A stretch of DNA of 64,000 bases, taken from contig OY761558.1 in assembly GCA_963664725.1 (NCBI GenBank), positions 3,075,361 through 3,139,360 of the forward strand, given 5' to 3'. A model generated the notes under the pieces. The model ran no database searches, had not been told where the DNA came from, and saw only the letters and a list, made by a program, of their open reading frames with translations. Positions 8,706 to 18,090 of the stretch are shown one piece after another (the first letter of the stretch is position 1; each line of letters opens with the position of its first letter). The DNA is from Dehalococcoidia bacterium. Its GTDB lineage: Bacteria; Chloroflexota; Dehalococcoidia; Lucifugimonadales; UBA3495. Made by a program: the position numbers and the translations under genes.

Positions 8706-9542
8706 ATGACCACCAACACCAAACCCGTAGCAGTAGTTATCGGCGCTACTTCCAAGTGGCAGGCCGATGGGCGTAATACCCAGATGATTCATGGGGGGGC
8801 TATTGACGACAGCGACCTGCCCGTGGGGATCCGGTTCGGCGTGGGAGGGGCTATCGCCCAGAAGTTTGCCCAGGAGGGCTTCCTGACGGTGCTGACCACC
8901 CGTAGTGCCGCCAACGCCGCGTCGCTGGACGCCGCCATTCGCGAGCAGGGGGGCGACACCCTGATCGTGGAACTGGACCTGGCGTCGCAGGAGTCCATTT
9001 CCGAGGCCTTTGCCCAGATACGGGCCGAGGCTGGCGACCCGCTAGTACTGGTGTACAACGCCGGGTACCTGGAGGGGCGGGACCTGCCGCCGGAGATGGA
9101 ACTGCTGGAGCACATGCCCTACGAGATGTTCGAGACGGCCCAGCACATCTCCAGCAGCGGCCCCTTCCTGGTGGCCAAGGAGGTGCTGCCGGCCATGCGG
9201 GAACGGGGCGAAGGGAGCATCCTGTTCTCCAACAACCCGGCGTCGCTGCGGGGCCGGAAGCGGTACACGGGCCAGTCCCTTTACTACCCCCGGGTAATGA
9301 TGCGGACGCTGTCCCAGGCGCTGACCGAAGAGTACTCGGAGCACGGCGTCCACGTCGCCAACGTGGTCATTGACGGGACCATCGACTCGCCGGGCACCCG
9401 GGCCCGGGCCGGGCAGAACCCGGAACTGCTGGTTAACCCGATGGCCATCGCCGACGCCTTCTATTACCTGCACAGCCAGGACAGGTCGTGCTGGTGCCAC
9501 GAGATACAGTTGACGCCGTATGCGGCCAGGCCCGCTTACTAG
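8706..9542 (+). CDS. SDR-family oxidoreductase
   Basis: Rossmann N-terminus VAVVIGATSKW...GVGGAIAQKFAQEGF and an SDR-like length and layout. Confidence 0.8.
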   Translation: MTTNTKPVAVVIGATSKWQADGRNTQMIHGGAIDDSDLPVGIRFGVGGAIAQKFAQEGFLTVLTTRSAANAASLDAAIREQGGDTLIVELDLASQESISEAFAQIRAEAGDPLVLVYNAGYLEGRDLPPEMELLEHMPYEMFETAQHISSSGPFLVAKEVLPAMRERGEGSILFSNNPASLRGRKRYTGQSLYYPRVMMRTLSQALTEEYSEHGVHVANVVIDGTIDSPGTRARAGQNPELLVNPMAIADAFYYLHSQDRSCWCHEIQLTPYAARPAY

Positions 9543-9711
9543 GAACGGTGGTCACTCGTCCCGCCCGTCATTCCGGACTTGATCCGGAACCCGGGACGGC
9601 GTGGGGAAGGATGTGGCGATTGGGGGGTGGGGAGACCGGATGCCGGCCTTCGCCGGAAAGACGGGGTAGGAGGGACGAAGTCGCCGCGAATCGGAAGCAA
9701 GGAGTAACGCC

Positions 9712-10776
9712 ATGGACGTGGGATTGATGATGATCTTCTCCAGCTACGGCTGGGAAGAGGGATCGGACGGCCAGATGTGGGAGGAGGAACTGCGCCTGGC
9801 GGAGATTGCCGCCGATGCGGGGTTCGACTGCCTGTGGTCTGCCGAGCACCACTTCAACGACTACTCCTTCGTGCCGGACAACCTGCAACTGATGACCCAC
9901 GTCGCCGCCAAGCACCCGGACATTGAAGTGGGCACGGCGGCGGTGATCCTGCCCTGGCATAACCCCCTGCGGGTGGCGGAGAACGCCGCCGTGCTGGACA
10001 TGCTGAGCGGCGGGCGGCTGCGGCTGGGATTCGGTCGGGGCCTGGCCCGGAGAGAGTTCGAGGCTTTCGGCGTCAGCATGGACGAGTCCCGCGACCGGTT
10101 TGACGAGGCGGCGCCCATGATCGTGGAGGCGTTGAAGACCGGGTACATCGAGGGCGACGGGCCCCACTATCCGCAGGCGCGGACGGAAATCCGGCCCCGT
10201 CCCCAGCACTCCTTTGATGGACGAATCTATGCCGTGGCCGCCAGTGACGAATCGGTGATGTCGGCGGCGCAACTGGGCGCGCACATCATCATGTTCGCCG
10301 ACCGGCCCTGGGAGATGCGCATGCCGGGCATTGAGCGGGGACGCGCGCTGCACCGGGAGTTTCACGGCACGGAACCGCCGGCGCTGATGATTACCGAGTT
10401 TGTCATCTGCGGCGAGGACCTGGCCCAGTGCGAGGAGGAGGCCCGCCAGTACCAGGGCAAGTTCGTGGAGAGCAACTTCCACCACTACGAGTTCCTGGGC
10501 GACCACTTTCGCGACGTGAAAGGCTACGGCGCTTACCAGCAGAAGGCGGAGATCGCCCGGGCCGCCGGCCTGGACGGCGCCGTGGAAGGGTTTATGAAGG
10601 CGGCAAGCTGGGGTACGCCGGACAAGATTCTGCGGGGTCTGGAGGACCGAAAAGAATTGTTGGGCGAGTTTGAGTTGAACGTGGCCTTCCGCTTCGGCGG
10701 CACACCCCCCGAGGTGGCGGAACGGGGCCTGAAGCTGTTCGCCAAAGAGGTGCTGCCGGTACTGAAGTCCTGGTAA
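9712..10776 (+). CDS. LLM-class (luciferase-like) flavin-dependent oxidoreductase
   Basis: AGFDCLWSAEHHF...LPWHNPLRVAENAAVLDMLSGGRLRLGFGRG is a canonical LLM signature. Confidence 0.9.
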   Translation: MDVGLMMIFSSYGWEEGSDGQMWEEELRLAEIAADAGFDCLWSAEHHFNDYSFVPDNLQLMTHVAAKHPDIEVGTAAVILPWHNPLRVAENAAVLDMLSGGRLRLGFGRGLARREFEAFGVSMDESRDRFDEAAPMIVEALKTGYIEGDGPHYPQARTEIRPRPQHSFDGRIYAVAASDESVMSAAQLGAHIIMFADRPWEMRMPGIERGRALHREFHGTEPPALMITEFVICGEDLAQCEEEARQYQGKFVESNFHHYEFLGDHFRDVKGYGAYQQKAEIARAAGLDGAVEGFMKAASWGTPDKILRGLEDRKELLGEFELNVAFRFGGTPPEVAERGLKLFAKEVLPVLKSW

Positions 10777-11156
10777 CCGTTCCCTCGGGGATATGGGCCG
10801 AGTGATTTACTCCCTTACGTTGGGACTGTCCATCCCGGTCGCGACATCTATCTTCAATGTCTTCCCGGTCAGCCTATCCCGCCGCGTTCCAATGGGCCCA
10901 ACTGCTTCAGGTTGCTTTGACTCCACCTTTCTATTGCGATGGGTAGTGGCGGGCACCACCCAGATTGGTCCGATTTCGCTTCGCCATTATTCCACTGGAC
11001 CGGCAAGGTTACGGTGTGCCGGGGCGGTATGCTAAACTGTGGCGGCCTCAGCCGAAAAGGTCCGGCTCACATGTGGGCGGGCGACTTTCATGCCAGGGGC
11101 TTCACATGCAATCCATAATTAATTTGAACCGCTACTAAGAGCGCCATTCACAGCCC

Positions 11157-11972
11157 ATGACACGACTGGTTCAACTCTCCTCACGCCTGGCCAACTCCCA
11201 CTCCCTGGAATATTTCATCATCGGCGTAATAGTCGCCAACGGCGTCCTTTTGGGTCTGGAAACCTCGCCGCGACTGGTCGAAAGGTACGGGGAACTGATG
11301 CACTGGGGAAACCAGGTTGCCCTGGGCATCTTCATAGCCGAGGCGGCCCTAAAGCTGCTGGCCCATTTCCCCCGGTCGCACCGGTATTTCCTGGACGGCT
11401 GGAACGTGTTCGACTTCCTGGTTATCGTCTTTGCCCTGGTCCCGGCGACGGGCCAGTTTGCCATGGTGGCACGGCTGGCGCGTCTGCTGCGGATCGTGCG
11501 CCTTGTGTCGGCGATTCAGGACCTGAGGCTGATTGTGGCGGCCCTGGTGCGCTCCATACCCAGCGTGGTGCACGTCATCCTGCTGATGAGCATTGTGGTG
11601 TACATCTATGCCATCATGGGGTATCACCTGTTCCACGAACATGACCCCGACAACTGGCGAAGCCTGGGCGTTTCTCTCCTGACACTGTTTAACATCATCA
11701 CCCTGGAAGGGTGGACTGAAGTGATGAACACGGCCATGGAGCGCCATCCCCTGGCCTGGATATATTTCGTCAGCTTCGTAGTCCTGGGTACATTCGTGGT
11801 CATCAACATGTTCATTGCCATCATCATCAACAACCTGGATGAGGCCAAGCGGGAACGCCTGGAGGAACTGCAGTCTCCTCCTTCCAGCGACCAGCTTCTG
11901 CGGGAGATTCGGGCCACCCAGGAAGCCCTGCGGCGCCTGTCGGAGCGGTTAGACCAGGACCCAAAAGAATAG
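11157..11972 (+). CDS. Voltage-gated ion channel of the bacterial NaV (NaChBac/BacNaV) type
   Basis: Six-TM layout. The S4 helix has Arg at every third residue (VARLARLLRIVRLV). The pore filter is FNIITLEGWTEVM. A C-terminal coiled coil follows. Confidence 0.85.
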   Translation: MTRLVQLSSRLANSHSLEYFIIGVIVANGVLLGLETSPRLVERYGELMHWGNQVALGIFIAEAALKLLAHFPRSHRYFLDGWNVFDFLVIVFALVPATGQFAMVARLARLLRIVRLVSAIQDLRLIVAALVRSIPSVVHVILLMSIVVYIYAIMGYHLFHEHDPDNWRSLGVSLLTLFNIITLEGWTEVMNTAMERHPLAWIYFVSFVVLGTFVVINMFIAIIINNLDEAKRERLEELQSPPSSDQLLREIRATQEALRRLSERLDQDPKE

Positions 11973-12075
11973 GCTACGCAGGCTTTCCATTGCCCATTCC
12001 CGCCGGCGCCTGTAGTATGGGGCCGTCGCCCGCGATTCCCCGGCAGCGGAAATCCAATTGCGGAAAGGGTGCTTT

Positions 12076-13248
12076 ATGACTGCCAGGCCCATTACCCCCG
12101 CCTCGGAACTCTCCCGCGATCAGCTGCTGTATAGAGCCGGAGAGCTTACGCCCGTGCTAAGAGAGCGGGCCCGCCTGACCGAAGAAATGCGCCGCGTACC
12201 GACCGAGTCCGTGCGGGACATGATTGATGCAGGTCTGCATCTCATTGGCGTGCCGAGAAAATTCGGCGGGCTGGATATCGATTACGGCGCCGGACACGAA
12301 GCGGGCGTTGAGCTGGCCAGGGGTTGCGCGTCAACCTCCTGGTGTTACTCCCTTTGGGTTGCCCACTCCTGGCTGGTGGGATTCTGGCCGCTGGAAGCCC
12401 AGGAGGACGTATTCGGGGATGGGCCGGATGCGCTTTGCTCCAGTTCACTCAGTCCCGGCAGATCAACCTGCACACCGGTGGAAGGAGGATACCGACTCAC
12501 GGGTCGGTGGGAATTTTCCAGTGGCTGCGACTCGGCCAACTGGCTAATGCTGGGCGTGGCGGGCATTGGCCAACGCAACTGGGTGCTGGTACCCAAGGGG
12601 GACTACCAGATAATAGACAACTGGTTTGTCTCTGGTCTGCGGGGCACGGGCAGCAAGAATATTGAAGTGGAAGACGCCTTCATTCCTGCCCACCGGGCGC
12701 TGGAGGTCACCACGGCCGGCGTTACTGACCTTAGCGCGTGGGAACTCCACGGGCAGGACCGTTACCGGGTACCCGTCCCCGTTTTGCTGGGCTGGGACCT
12801 GGTAGCGCCGATGATCGGCCTGGCCCGTGGCATGGCAGATGAGTTTGCCAGCAGACTCTCGGGCACGTCAGGGCCGGGCCGCACAGCCGATTCGGCCGCC
12901 ATCCATCTGCGTTTGTCCCAGGCCTGCGCCGAGGTGGACGCGGCGGAGGCCCTGATGGAGCGGGACGTGGCCGAAACGCTGCGGAAGGGTCGCGATGGAG
13001 AATCGTTCACTGTCATGGAGCGGGCCAAGTTCCGGCGTGACAAGGCATTTTGCACTCAGCTTGGTCTGCAGGCAGTCAACCGCCTGTTCGACCTGAGCGG
13101 GGGACATGCCCTGTTTGATTCCGAACCCCTCCAGCGGTTCCATAGGGATGCCCAGGCGGTGGCCCATCGTGACGGCCTGATAATGGACCTGGGCGGCCAA
13201 CAGTTCGGCAGGGTCATGCTGGGGCTGGAACCCGACGGGCCTATTTAG
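12076..13248 (+). CDS. Acyl-CoA dehydrogenase-fold flavin monooxygenase (type-2 ACAD / two-component oxygenase-like)
   Basis: The length and motifs (GLRGTGSKNIEVEDAFIPAHR, C-terminal RDAQAVAHRD) resemble ACAD-type-2 / DszC-HpaH-like oxygenases. Confidence 0.75.
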   Translation: MTARPITPASELSRDQLLYRAGELTPVLRERARLTEEMRRVPTESVRDMIDAGLHLIGVPRKFGGLDIDYGAGHEAGVELARGCASTSWCYSLWVAHSWLVGFWPLEAQEDVFGDGPDALCSSSLSPGRSTCTPVEGGYRLTGRWEFSSGCDSANWLMLGVAGIGQRNWVLVPKGDYQIIDNWFVSGLRGTGSKNIEVEDAFIPAHRALEVTTAGVTDLSAWELHGQDRYRVPVPVLLGWDLVAPMIGLARGMADEFASRLSGTSGPGRTADSAAIHLRLSQACAEVDAAEALMERDVAETLRKGRDGESFTVMERAKFRRDKAFCTQLGLQAVNRLFDLSGGHALFDSEPLQRFHRDAQAVAHRDGLIMDLGGQQFGRVMLGLEPDGPI

Positions 13249-13618
13249 TCTCTGTTGGCGGCGATACCCTTCCTGATTCAGGGTAAGCCGACCCGTCATA
13301 GGGAGCCGCGCGATGCTGCAATCACATGCCCGTGAAGCAGGTCAGGCAGTCAACAGGCGAATTAAAGCGAGGCCCGATTACCCGGAAATATTACTGCACT
13401 CTGGTTCAAACCGGTAGTGGATTACGGTTTAACCCGTATCCAACTGAGTGGTAGTATCCGACGGGCAGTAAACCCTCCCGGTGGCTTGCGTCGGTAGAAT
13501 TTGGAAGTAGAACGATCGAGAACGCCGGCAGTGTGGAAGGGTATCTGCAAGTTTTGCGCCTTGGCGACCTCCGGCACCGCAACGACGGGCTGGACGGGTT
13601 TCGAGTAACCGGCCACCG

Positions 13619-14419
13619 ATGTTCTTTGAATCTCCCCCAATTCGCCCGTTGGTGCAGCAGGCCCAACGTCCCCTCGTAAAGAGGCTGGCCCGACCTTTCA
13701 TATGGTCGCTGCGCCGTCTGCTGGTCTCACTGCGCGACCTTGCGCCCATCATCCTTGTCATTGGTTTCTTTCAGATAGCAGTCCTGCAGCAACCCTTTCC
13801 TAACCTGGTGGGCGTGATGGCAGGTCTGCTGTGCGTTGTTGGGGGCCTTTCCCTTTTCATGCAGGGCCTGGAATACGGACTGTTTCCACTGGGCGAAACA
13901 CTGGCCCAGAGCTTTGCCAGCAAGCGAAGCCTGTTCGCGCTGCTGTCTTTCGCATTTTGCCTGGGATTCGGCGCCACGGTGGCCGAACCTGCCCTGATAG
14001 CGATTGCAGACGAGGCCTCGAAGGTAGCATCAGAAGCTGGCGCCATTCCCGACGCCGAAGATGCCCGGTCCAGCTACGCTTTTAACCTGCGTATGGTGGT
14101 TGCTTTTTCTGTAGGCATTGCTGTGCTGATAGGCGTGCTGAGGATTCTAAAGGGCTGGCCCATCCACCGCCTGATAATAGGCGGCTATCTCCTGGTCACG
14201 CTGATGACAATATTTGCGCCGGCGGAGATAGTAGGCGTGGCTTATGACTCGGGAGGCGTGACGACGAGCACGATGACGGTGCCACTGGTTACGGCGCTGG
14301 GCGTGGGCCTGGCCACATCCATCAGGGGGCGGAATCCACTGGTGGACGGATTCGGGATAATAGCCCTTGCCAGCCTTACGCCGATGATCTGCGTCATGGG
14401 CTACGGAATAGTGATATGA
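13619..14419 (+). CDS. DUF1538 family membrane protein (copy 1)
   Basis: [14 protein letters not shown]...[13 protein letters not shown]...[25 protein letters not shown]. It is paralogous to the next ORF. Confidence 0.8.
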   Translation: MFFESPPIRPLVQQAQRPLVKRLARPFIWSLRRLLVSLRDLAPIILVIGFFQIAVLQQPFPNLVGVMAGLLCVVGGLSLFMQGLEYGLFPLGETLAQSFASKRSLFALLSFAFCLGFGATVAEPALIAIADEASKVASEAGAIPDAEDARSSYAFNLRMVVAFSVGIAVLIGVLRILKGWPIHRLIIGGYLLVTLMTIFAPAEIVGVAYDSGGVTTSTMTVPLVTALGVGLATSIRGRNPLVDGFGIIALASLTPMICVMGYGIVI

Positions 14420-15207
14420 GCGCCGGGTTCTTTGACATATTATGGACCACCCTTTTGAACACGGTTCGAGACGTGGTTCCCATTGTGGCAGTGCTGGCCT
14501 TTTTCCAGGTGGTGGTGCTCCGGCGACGGTTGCCCCAGCCACGCCGGATGATAGTGGGCTTCGGGTTTGTGCTGGCGGGCCTGGCCCTGTTTCTGATTGG
14601 CCTGGAACAGGCCCTGTTCCCCATCGGGGAAACAATGGCCCGGCAGTTGACTGCGCCGGAAATGCTGGGAACCCTGGGAGCAGAAGGTGAGATAGACTGG
14701 CGCAATTACCTGTTGATATATGCCTTTGCCGCGGCCATTGGATTCGCTACCACTGTCGCGGAACCCGCCCTGATCGCCGTAGCCATGAAGGCAGAAGAGG
14801 TTTCAGGCGGAGCCATCAAGTCCTGGGGGCTAAGGATAGCGGTGGCACTGGGAGTAGCCATAGGCGTATCGCTGGGGTGTTTCCGCATCGTAACAGGCAC
14901 GCCGCTGCCGTGGTATATCATCGGCGCCTACATTGTAGTAATTCTGCAGACTTTTCGGGCCAGCAAGACGATAATCCCGCTGGCTTACGACAGCGGGGGG
15001 GTTACTACGTCAACGGTTACTGTGCCGGTGGTTGCGGCGCTGGGGCTGGGGCTGGCCGCCAGCATACCGGGCCGAAGTCCGTTGATAGACGGGTTTGGGC
15101 TTATTGCCTTTGCCAGCGTTTTTCCCATAATGACTGTGCTGGCATATAGCTTTATATCATCCCACATCACGCGCCGGCGGAATCCGGCCAAGGCAGAGGG
15201 GGAGTGA
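14416..15207 (+). CDS. DUF1538 family membrane protein (copy 2)
   Basis: [14 protein letters not shown]...[13 protein letters not shown]...[25 protein letters not shown]. It shares an ATGA start/stop overlap with copy 1. Confidence 0.8.
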   Translation: MSAGFFDILWTTLLNTVRDVVPIVAVLAFFQVVVLRRRLPQPRRMIVGFGFVLAGLALFLIGLEQALFPIGETMARQLTAPEMLGTLGAEGEIDWRNYLLIYAFAAAIGFATTVAEPALIAVAMKAEEVSGGAIKSWGLRIAVALGVAIGVSLGCFRIVTGTPLPWYIIGAYIVVILQTFRASKTIIPLAYDSGGVTTSTVTVPVVAALGLGLAASIPGRSPLIDGFGLIAFASVFPIMTVLAYSFISSHITRRRNPAKAEGE

Positions 15208-15210
15208 TTA

Positions 15211-15561
15211 ATGAGAATGAAGCTGATAGTCGCTCTGGTCAGCGACAGCAAGACGGAAGCCGTATTGGAAGCGGGAAGGTCCGGTGGGGCCACGGGCGCC
15301 ACGATAATAACCAGCGTACGGGGAGAGGGTCTGCTGCCCCAAAAGACCTTCTTCGGGCTGCAGGTGGTGGCCCAGCGAGACCTGGTTATGTTTGTAGTGG
15401 CTGATATCAGGGCCCGGTACATTTTGGAGCGGATCAGGGATGCGGCGGGTTTCGATACTGAAGGGGGATCCGGCATAGCATTTCAGATTGATGTGGAAGA
15501 CGCAGTAGGACTGGTGACACAAATGTCAGCCATCCGGGAAGAGGTGGAGCAGGAAATATGA
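15211..15561 (+). CDS. P-II-like signal transduction protein
   Basis: 116 aa with a MKLIVALVSDSKTEAVLEAGRSGGATGATIITSVRGEG beta-alpha-beta start typical of P-II-like proteins. It starts 4 nt after the DUF1538 stop. Confidence 0.7.
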   Translation: MRMKLIVALVSDSKTEAVLEAGRSGGATGATIITSVRGEGLLPQKTFFGLQVVAQRDLVMFVVADIRARYILERIRDAAGFDTEGGSGIAFQIDVEDAVGLVTQMSAIREEVEQEI

Positions 15562-15962
15562 ACGAATACAGGAATTTGCGGGTGGAGGATGTAATGTCCG
15601 CCAACCTCCACGTCATAGAGGGCCTGGCAACTGTGCTGGAAGCCATAAACATGATGCGGGAGTATGGAGTTAATTCCCTGGCAGTGATGCGCCGTGACGA
15701 GGATGATGAAGCCGGACTATTGCTGCTGCGGGACGTAGCCCAGAAGGTGGTGGCGCAAAACCGGTCTTCCGAGCGCGTCAATGTGTATGAGGTGATGACG
15801 AAGCCGGCTTTTACACTGGCGCCCAGGATGATGGTCCGCAACGCCGTCATATTGATGGTGGAGCATAATGTGGCCCGGGCTTTGGTGGTGGACAATGACC
15901 GTAATCCTATCGGTATTGTCACACTGCGGGACCTGGTACTGGGGGAAGACCCGGAGGACTGA
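15558..15962 (+). CDS. CBS-pair domain protein
   Basis: Two CBS motifs (VMSANLHVIEG...INMMREYGVNSLAV and VMTKPAFTLAP...ARALVVDNDRNPIGIVTLRDL). It shares an ATGA overlap with the P-II gene. Confidence 0.85.
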   Translation: MNEYRNLRVEDVMSANLHVIEGLATVLEAINMMREYGVNSLAVMRRDEDDEAGLLLLRDVAQKVVAQNRSSERVNVYEVMTKPAFTLAPRMMVRNAVILMVEHNVARALVVDNDRNPIGIVTLRDLVLGEDPED

Positions 15963-16054
15963 TCTGCCCCGCGTGGGCCCTTGTGCCTTGCGCCTGAGGT
16001 CCCTGGAGCGGAAACGCGCGAGGGCGAATATCCTAGCGTTGGTTGAACAAATGA

Positions 16055-16095
16055 GGGGCGCCCCAGCCGATCGGCTGGGGCGCCTTGCCTTTTGG
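16055..16095. terminator. Bidirectional intrinsic terminator between the CBS gene and the convergent SBP gene
   Basis: A 28-nt perfect GC-rich palindrome GGCGCCCCAGCCGA|TCGGCTGGGGCGCC (16057-16084) followed by TTGCCTTTT. Confidence 0.7.
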
Positions 16096-16128
16096 AACTT
16101 AGTTCCGCGGAGATACTTCGGTTAGGGC

Positions 16129-18090
16129 TTAATTGGCCGCGAAGTCCATGATGTTGGCACGAATGCGAGGAGCATAGTGTGGCTCCCACCGCAGGTCTTC
16201 GGCCATGCCATAAATCTGGACGACCAGGAAGTTGGGTACGAAGTGGTAGTTGTTATGCACGTAGTCCGCTAACCATTCCATTCGTTCCCTGCGCAGGTCT
16301 CCTGTCGGCGTGGCGATCGCTTCCACCAGTGCATCTTCAAAGTCCTGGTAGCAGACACCGCTGGAACGGCTGAAGCAGCTGTTGCGCAGGATGGCCTGGC
16401 GGGAGAAGTCCAGGGACTCGGTTGAAGTGGCCGGCGCGGTTATGTGCATGGAAGAGAAGTTGGGCATGCCCGGGCCGAGGGCGACGCACTTCTCGTGCAG
16501 ATTCGCTCCGGGGGCATTCTCAAAGTCTTCCCTGGTGCGCCCATGGCCGCAGTTGGAACGACCGGTTCCGGCGTGAATGGATGACTCCACCACCAGGAGT
16601 TCGGCGTTGACGCCGATGTCCCTCCAGAAGGTTACCACCGCTTCCGCGTATTCCACGTCCTTGGGAACCCGCTGGGAGCGGATGTGCAACTTAATCAGGC
16701 TGTCGTCAGCATCAGCATCATAACCCACCTGCTGAAGCAGTTCACGAGCCCGCTCAGGATCATAGGGGTAGCCGGCGGAGTTTTCCGGGGTGATGCCGAC
16801 TGTGCCGGTCTGAGCGACATTCCCGTAGCACTCCAGCACGCCGTCAAATACCTGTTCCATCACCGTCTCGCAATCGATGGCCAGGTTGAGTGCTTCGCGG
16901 ACTTCGATCATGCGCAGCCAGGGATGGTGCACCGTGTCGATGGCGTAGACGTAGGCCTCGTTATTGGTGGCCGACTTCCATTGGGGAGCCAGTTCACGGT
17001 CCTGGAAGGCGATTTCCGCCCAGTCAGCTTCACCAGCCGCCAAAGCGCCGGCGCGGACGAAGGGCTCGTTGCGCCATTGTTGAATGACGGTCTTGATTGT
17101 TGGTGCGCGGGAATAGTTGGTAGCAGGATTGGGGTTGTAGCCCTCGTATGCTTCCAGTTCAACTTCGATGCCGGTACGCCACTCTACTATCTGGTAGGGG
17201 CCCAGCCCAACAGTATGCCGGTGGATTTCGGCCGGCAGTTCCTCCGGCAAGTCGGATATAGAGGTCGCTCCGGCGGTTTCAAGAAACCAGCCTACGTCCT
17301 GGAACTTTGTGAAGATGGTGGTACGAGGCAAGATGGGGCAAGCGCTGCCGCAGACGACGTCCAGGGTGTATTCGTCTACTACTTCGCCCCCAATCACGCC
17401 GTGGAAGCTGAAGTCATTCGAGTTGTAGTGGCCGCTGGTCTCTTCGTCGCCGAAGTAATCAATCCAGAAGGCCGCCTGTTCGGCGTTCCATGGAGCGCCG
17501 TTGTGGAAGGTGACACCCTGCCGCAGGTTGAACTGCCAGCGGTCGGGGCCAATTTGTTCCCAGCCCTCGATGCCGGTCATACCTACAACCTTGTAATTGT
17601 TATGGTCGTCGATCCAGGTCAGGGGGTCGCTGGCCAGATCGTCGCAGACGGTGTTCTGGATATTGCCGCCGCAGTTAGGGCTGGCCGCGCCCAGGGTAGT
17701 GGGTTCCTCAGCGGTAAGGAAAGTGAGGGTATCCCTTGCCGACACGGCTACCTGTGGAGGTGCGGCCGTAGGCTGGGGAGCGGCAGTGGGAGCCGTAGCG
17801 GGGCTGTCCCCCTGTGCAGCGGGGGTGTCCGCCTGTGCAGCGGGAGCCACAGCGGGGGTGTCCGCCTGTGCAGCGGAAGCCTCAGCGGGAGCTTGGGGCT
17901 CTGACGTTGCCGGAATCGCCAAGGCCTGGGGCCTGGCGGTGTCAGGTTGGGTGGCTTCGGTAGTGGTGGTCTGCTGCTGTTCCGCGGCGGGAGACGAGCC
18001 GCAGGCAACCGCTAATAGGGCCAACACCACGAGCATGGACGCAAGGACACGGCCATACCAGCGACCTCTTGCCGATTTTCTTGTTCTCAT
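16129..18090 (-). CDS. ABC-transporter substrate-binding protein, family 5 (peptide/nickel type), lipoprotein with a repetitive linker
   Basis: Signal peptide plus lipobox (LLAVACGSS), a low-complexity Ala/Pro/Thr/Gln linker with AAQADTPA repeats, then an SBP_bac_5-like body. No permease or ATPase gene is adjacent. Confidence 0.85.
   Translation of the reverse strand: MRTRKSARGRWYGRVLASMLVVLALLAVACGSSPAAEQQQTTTTEATQPDTARPQALAIPATSEPQAPAEASAAQADTPAVAPAAQADTPAAQGDSPATAPTAAPQPTAAPPQVAVSARDTLTFLTAEEPTTLGAASPNCGGNIQNTVCDDLASDPLTWIDDHNNYKVVGMTGIEGWEQIGPDRWQFNLRQGVTFHNGAPWNAEQAAFWIDYFGDEETSGHYNSNDFSFHGVIGGEVVDEYTLDVVCGSACPILPRTTIFTKFQDVGWFLETAGATSISDLPEELPAEIHRHTVGLGPYQIVEWRTGIEVELEAYEGYNPNPATNYSRAPTIKTVIQQWRNEPFVRAGALAAGEADWAEIAFQDRELAPQWKSATNNEAYVYAIDTVHHPWLRMIEVREALNLAIDCETVMEQVFDGVLECYGNVAQTGTVGITPENSAGYPYDPERARELLQQVGYDADADDSLIKLHIRSQRVPKDVEYAEAVVTFWRDIGVNAELLVVESSIHAGTGRSNCGHGRTREDFENAPGANLHEKCVALGPGMPNFSSMHITAPATSTESLDFSRQAILRNSCFSRSSGVCYQDFEDALVEAIATPTGDLRRERMEWLADYVHNNYHFVPNFLVVQIYGMAEDLRWEPHYAPRIRANIMDFAAN

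Noticed and set aside
13406-13761. Three mutually overlapping minus-strand ORFs (13406..13666, 13422..13640 and 13429..13761).
   Set aside because: They lie in the leader and 5' end of the DUF1538 operon and all occupy the same DNA in different frames. Their composition is Arg/Pro/Gly-rich, so they are more likely non-coding.
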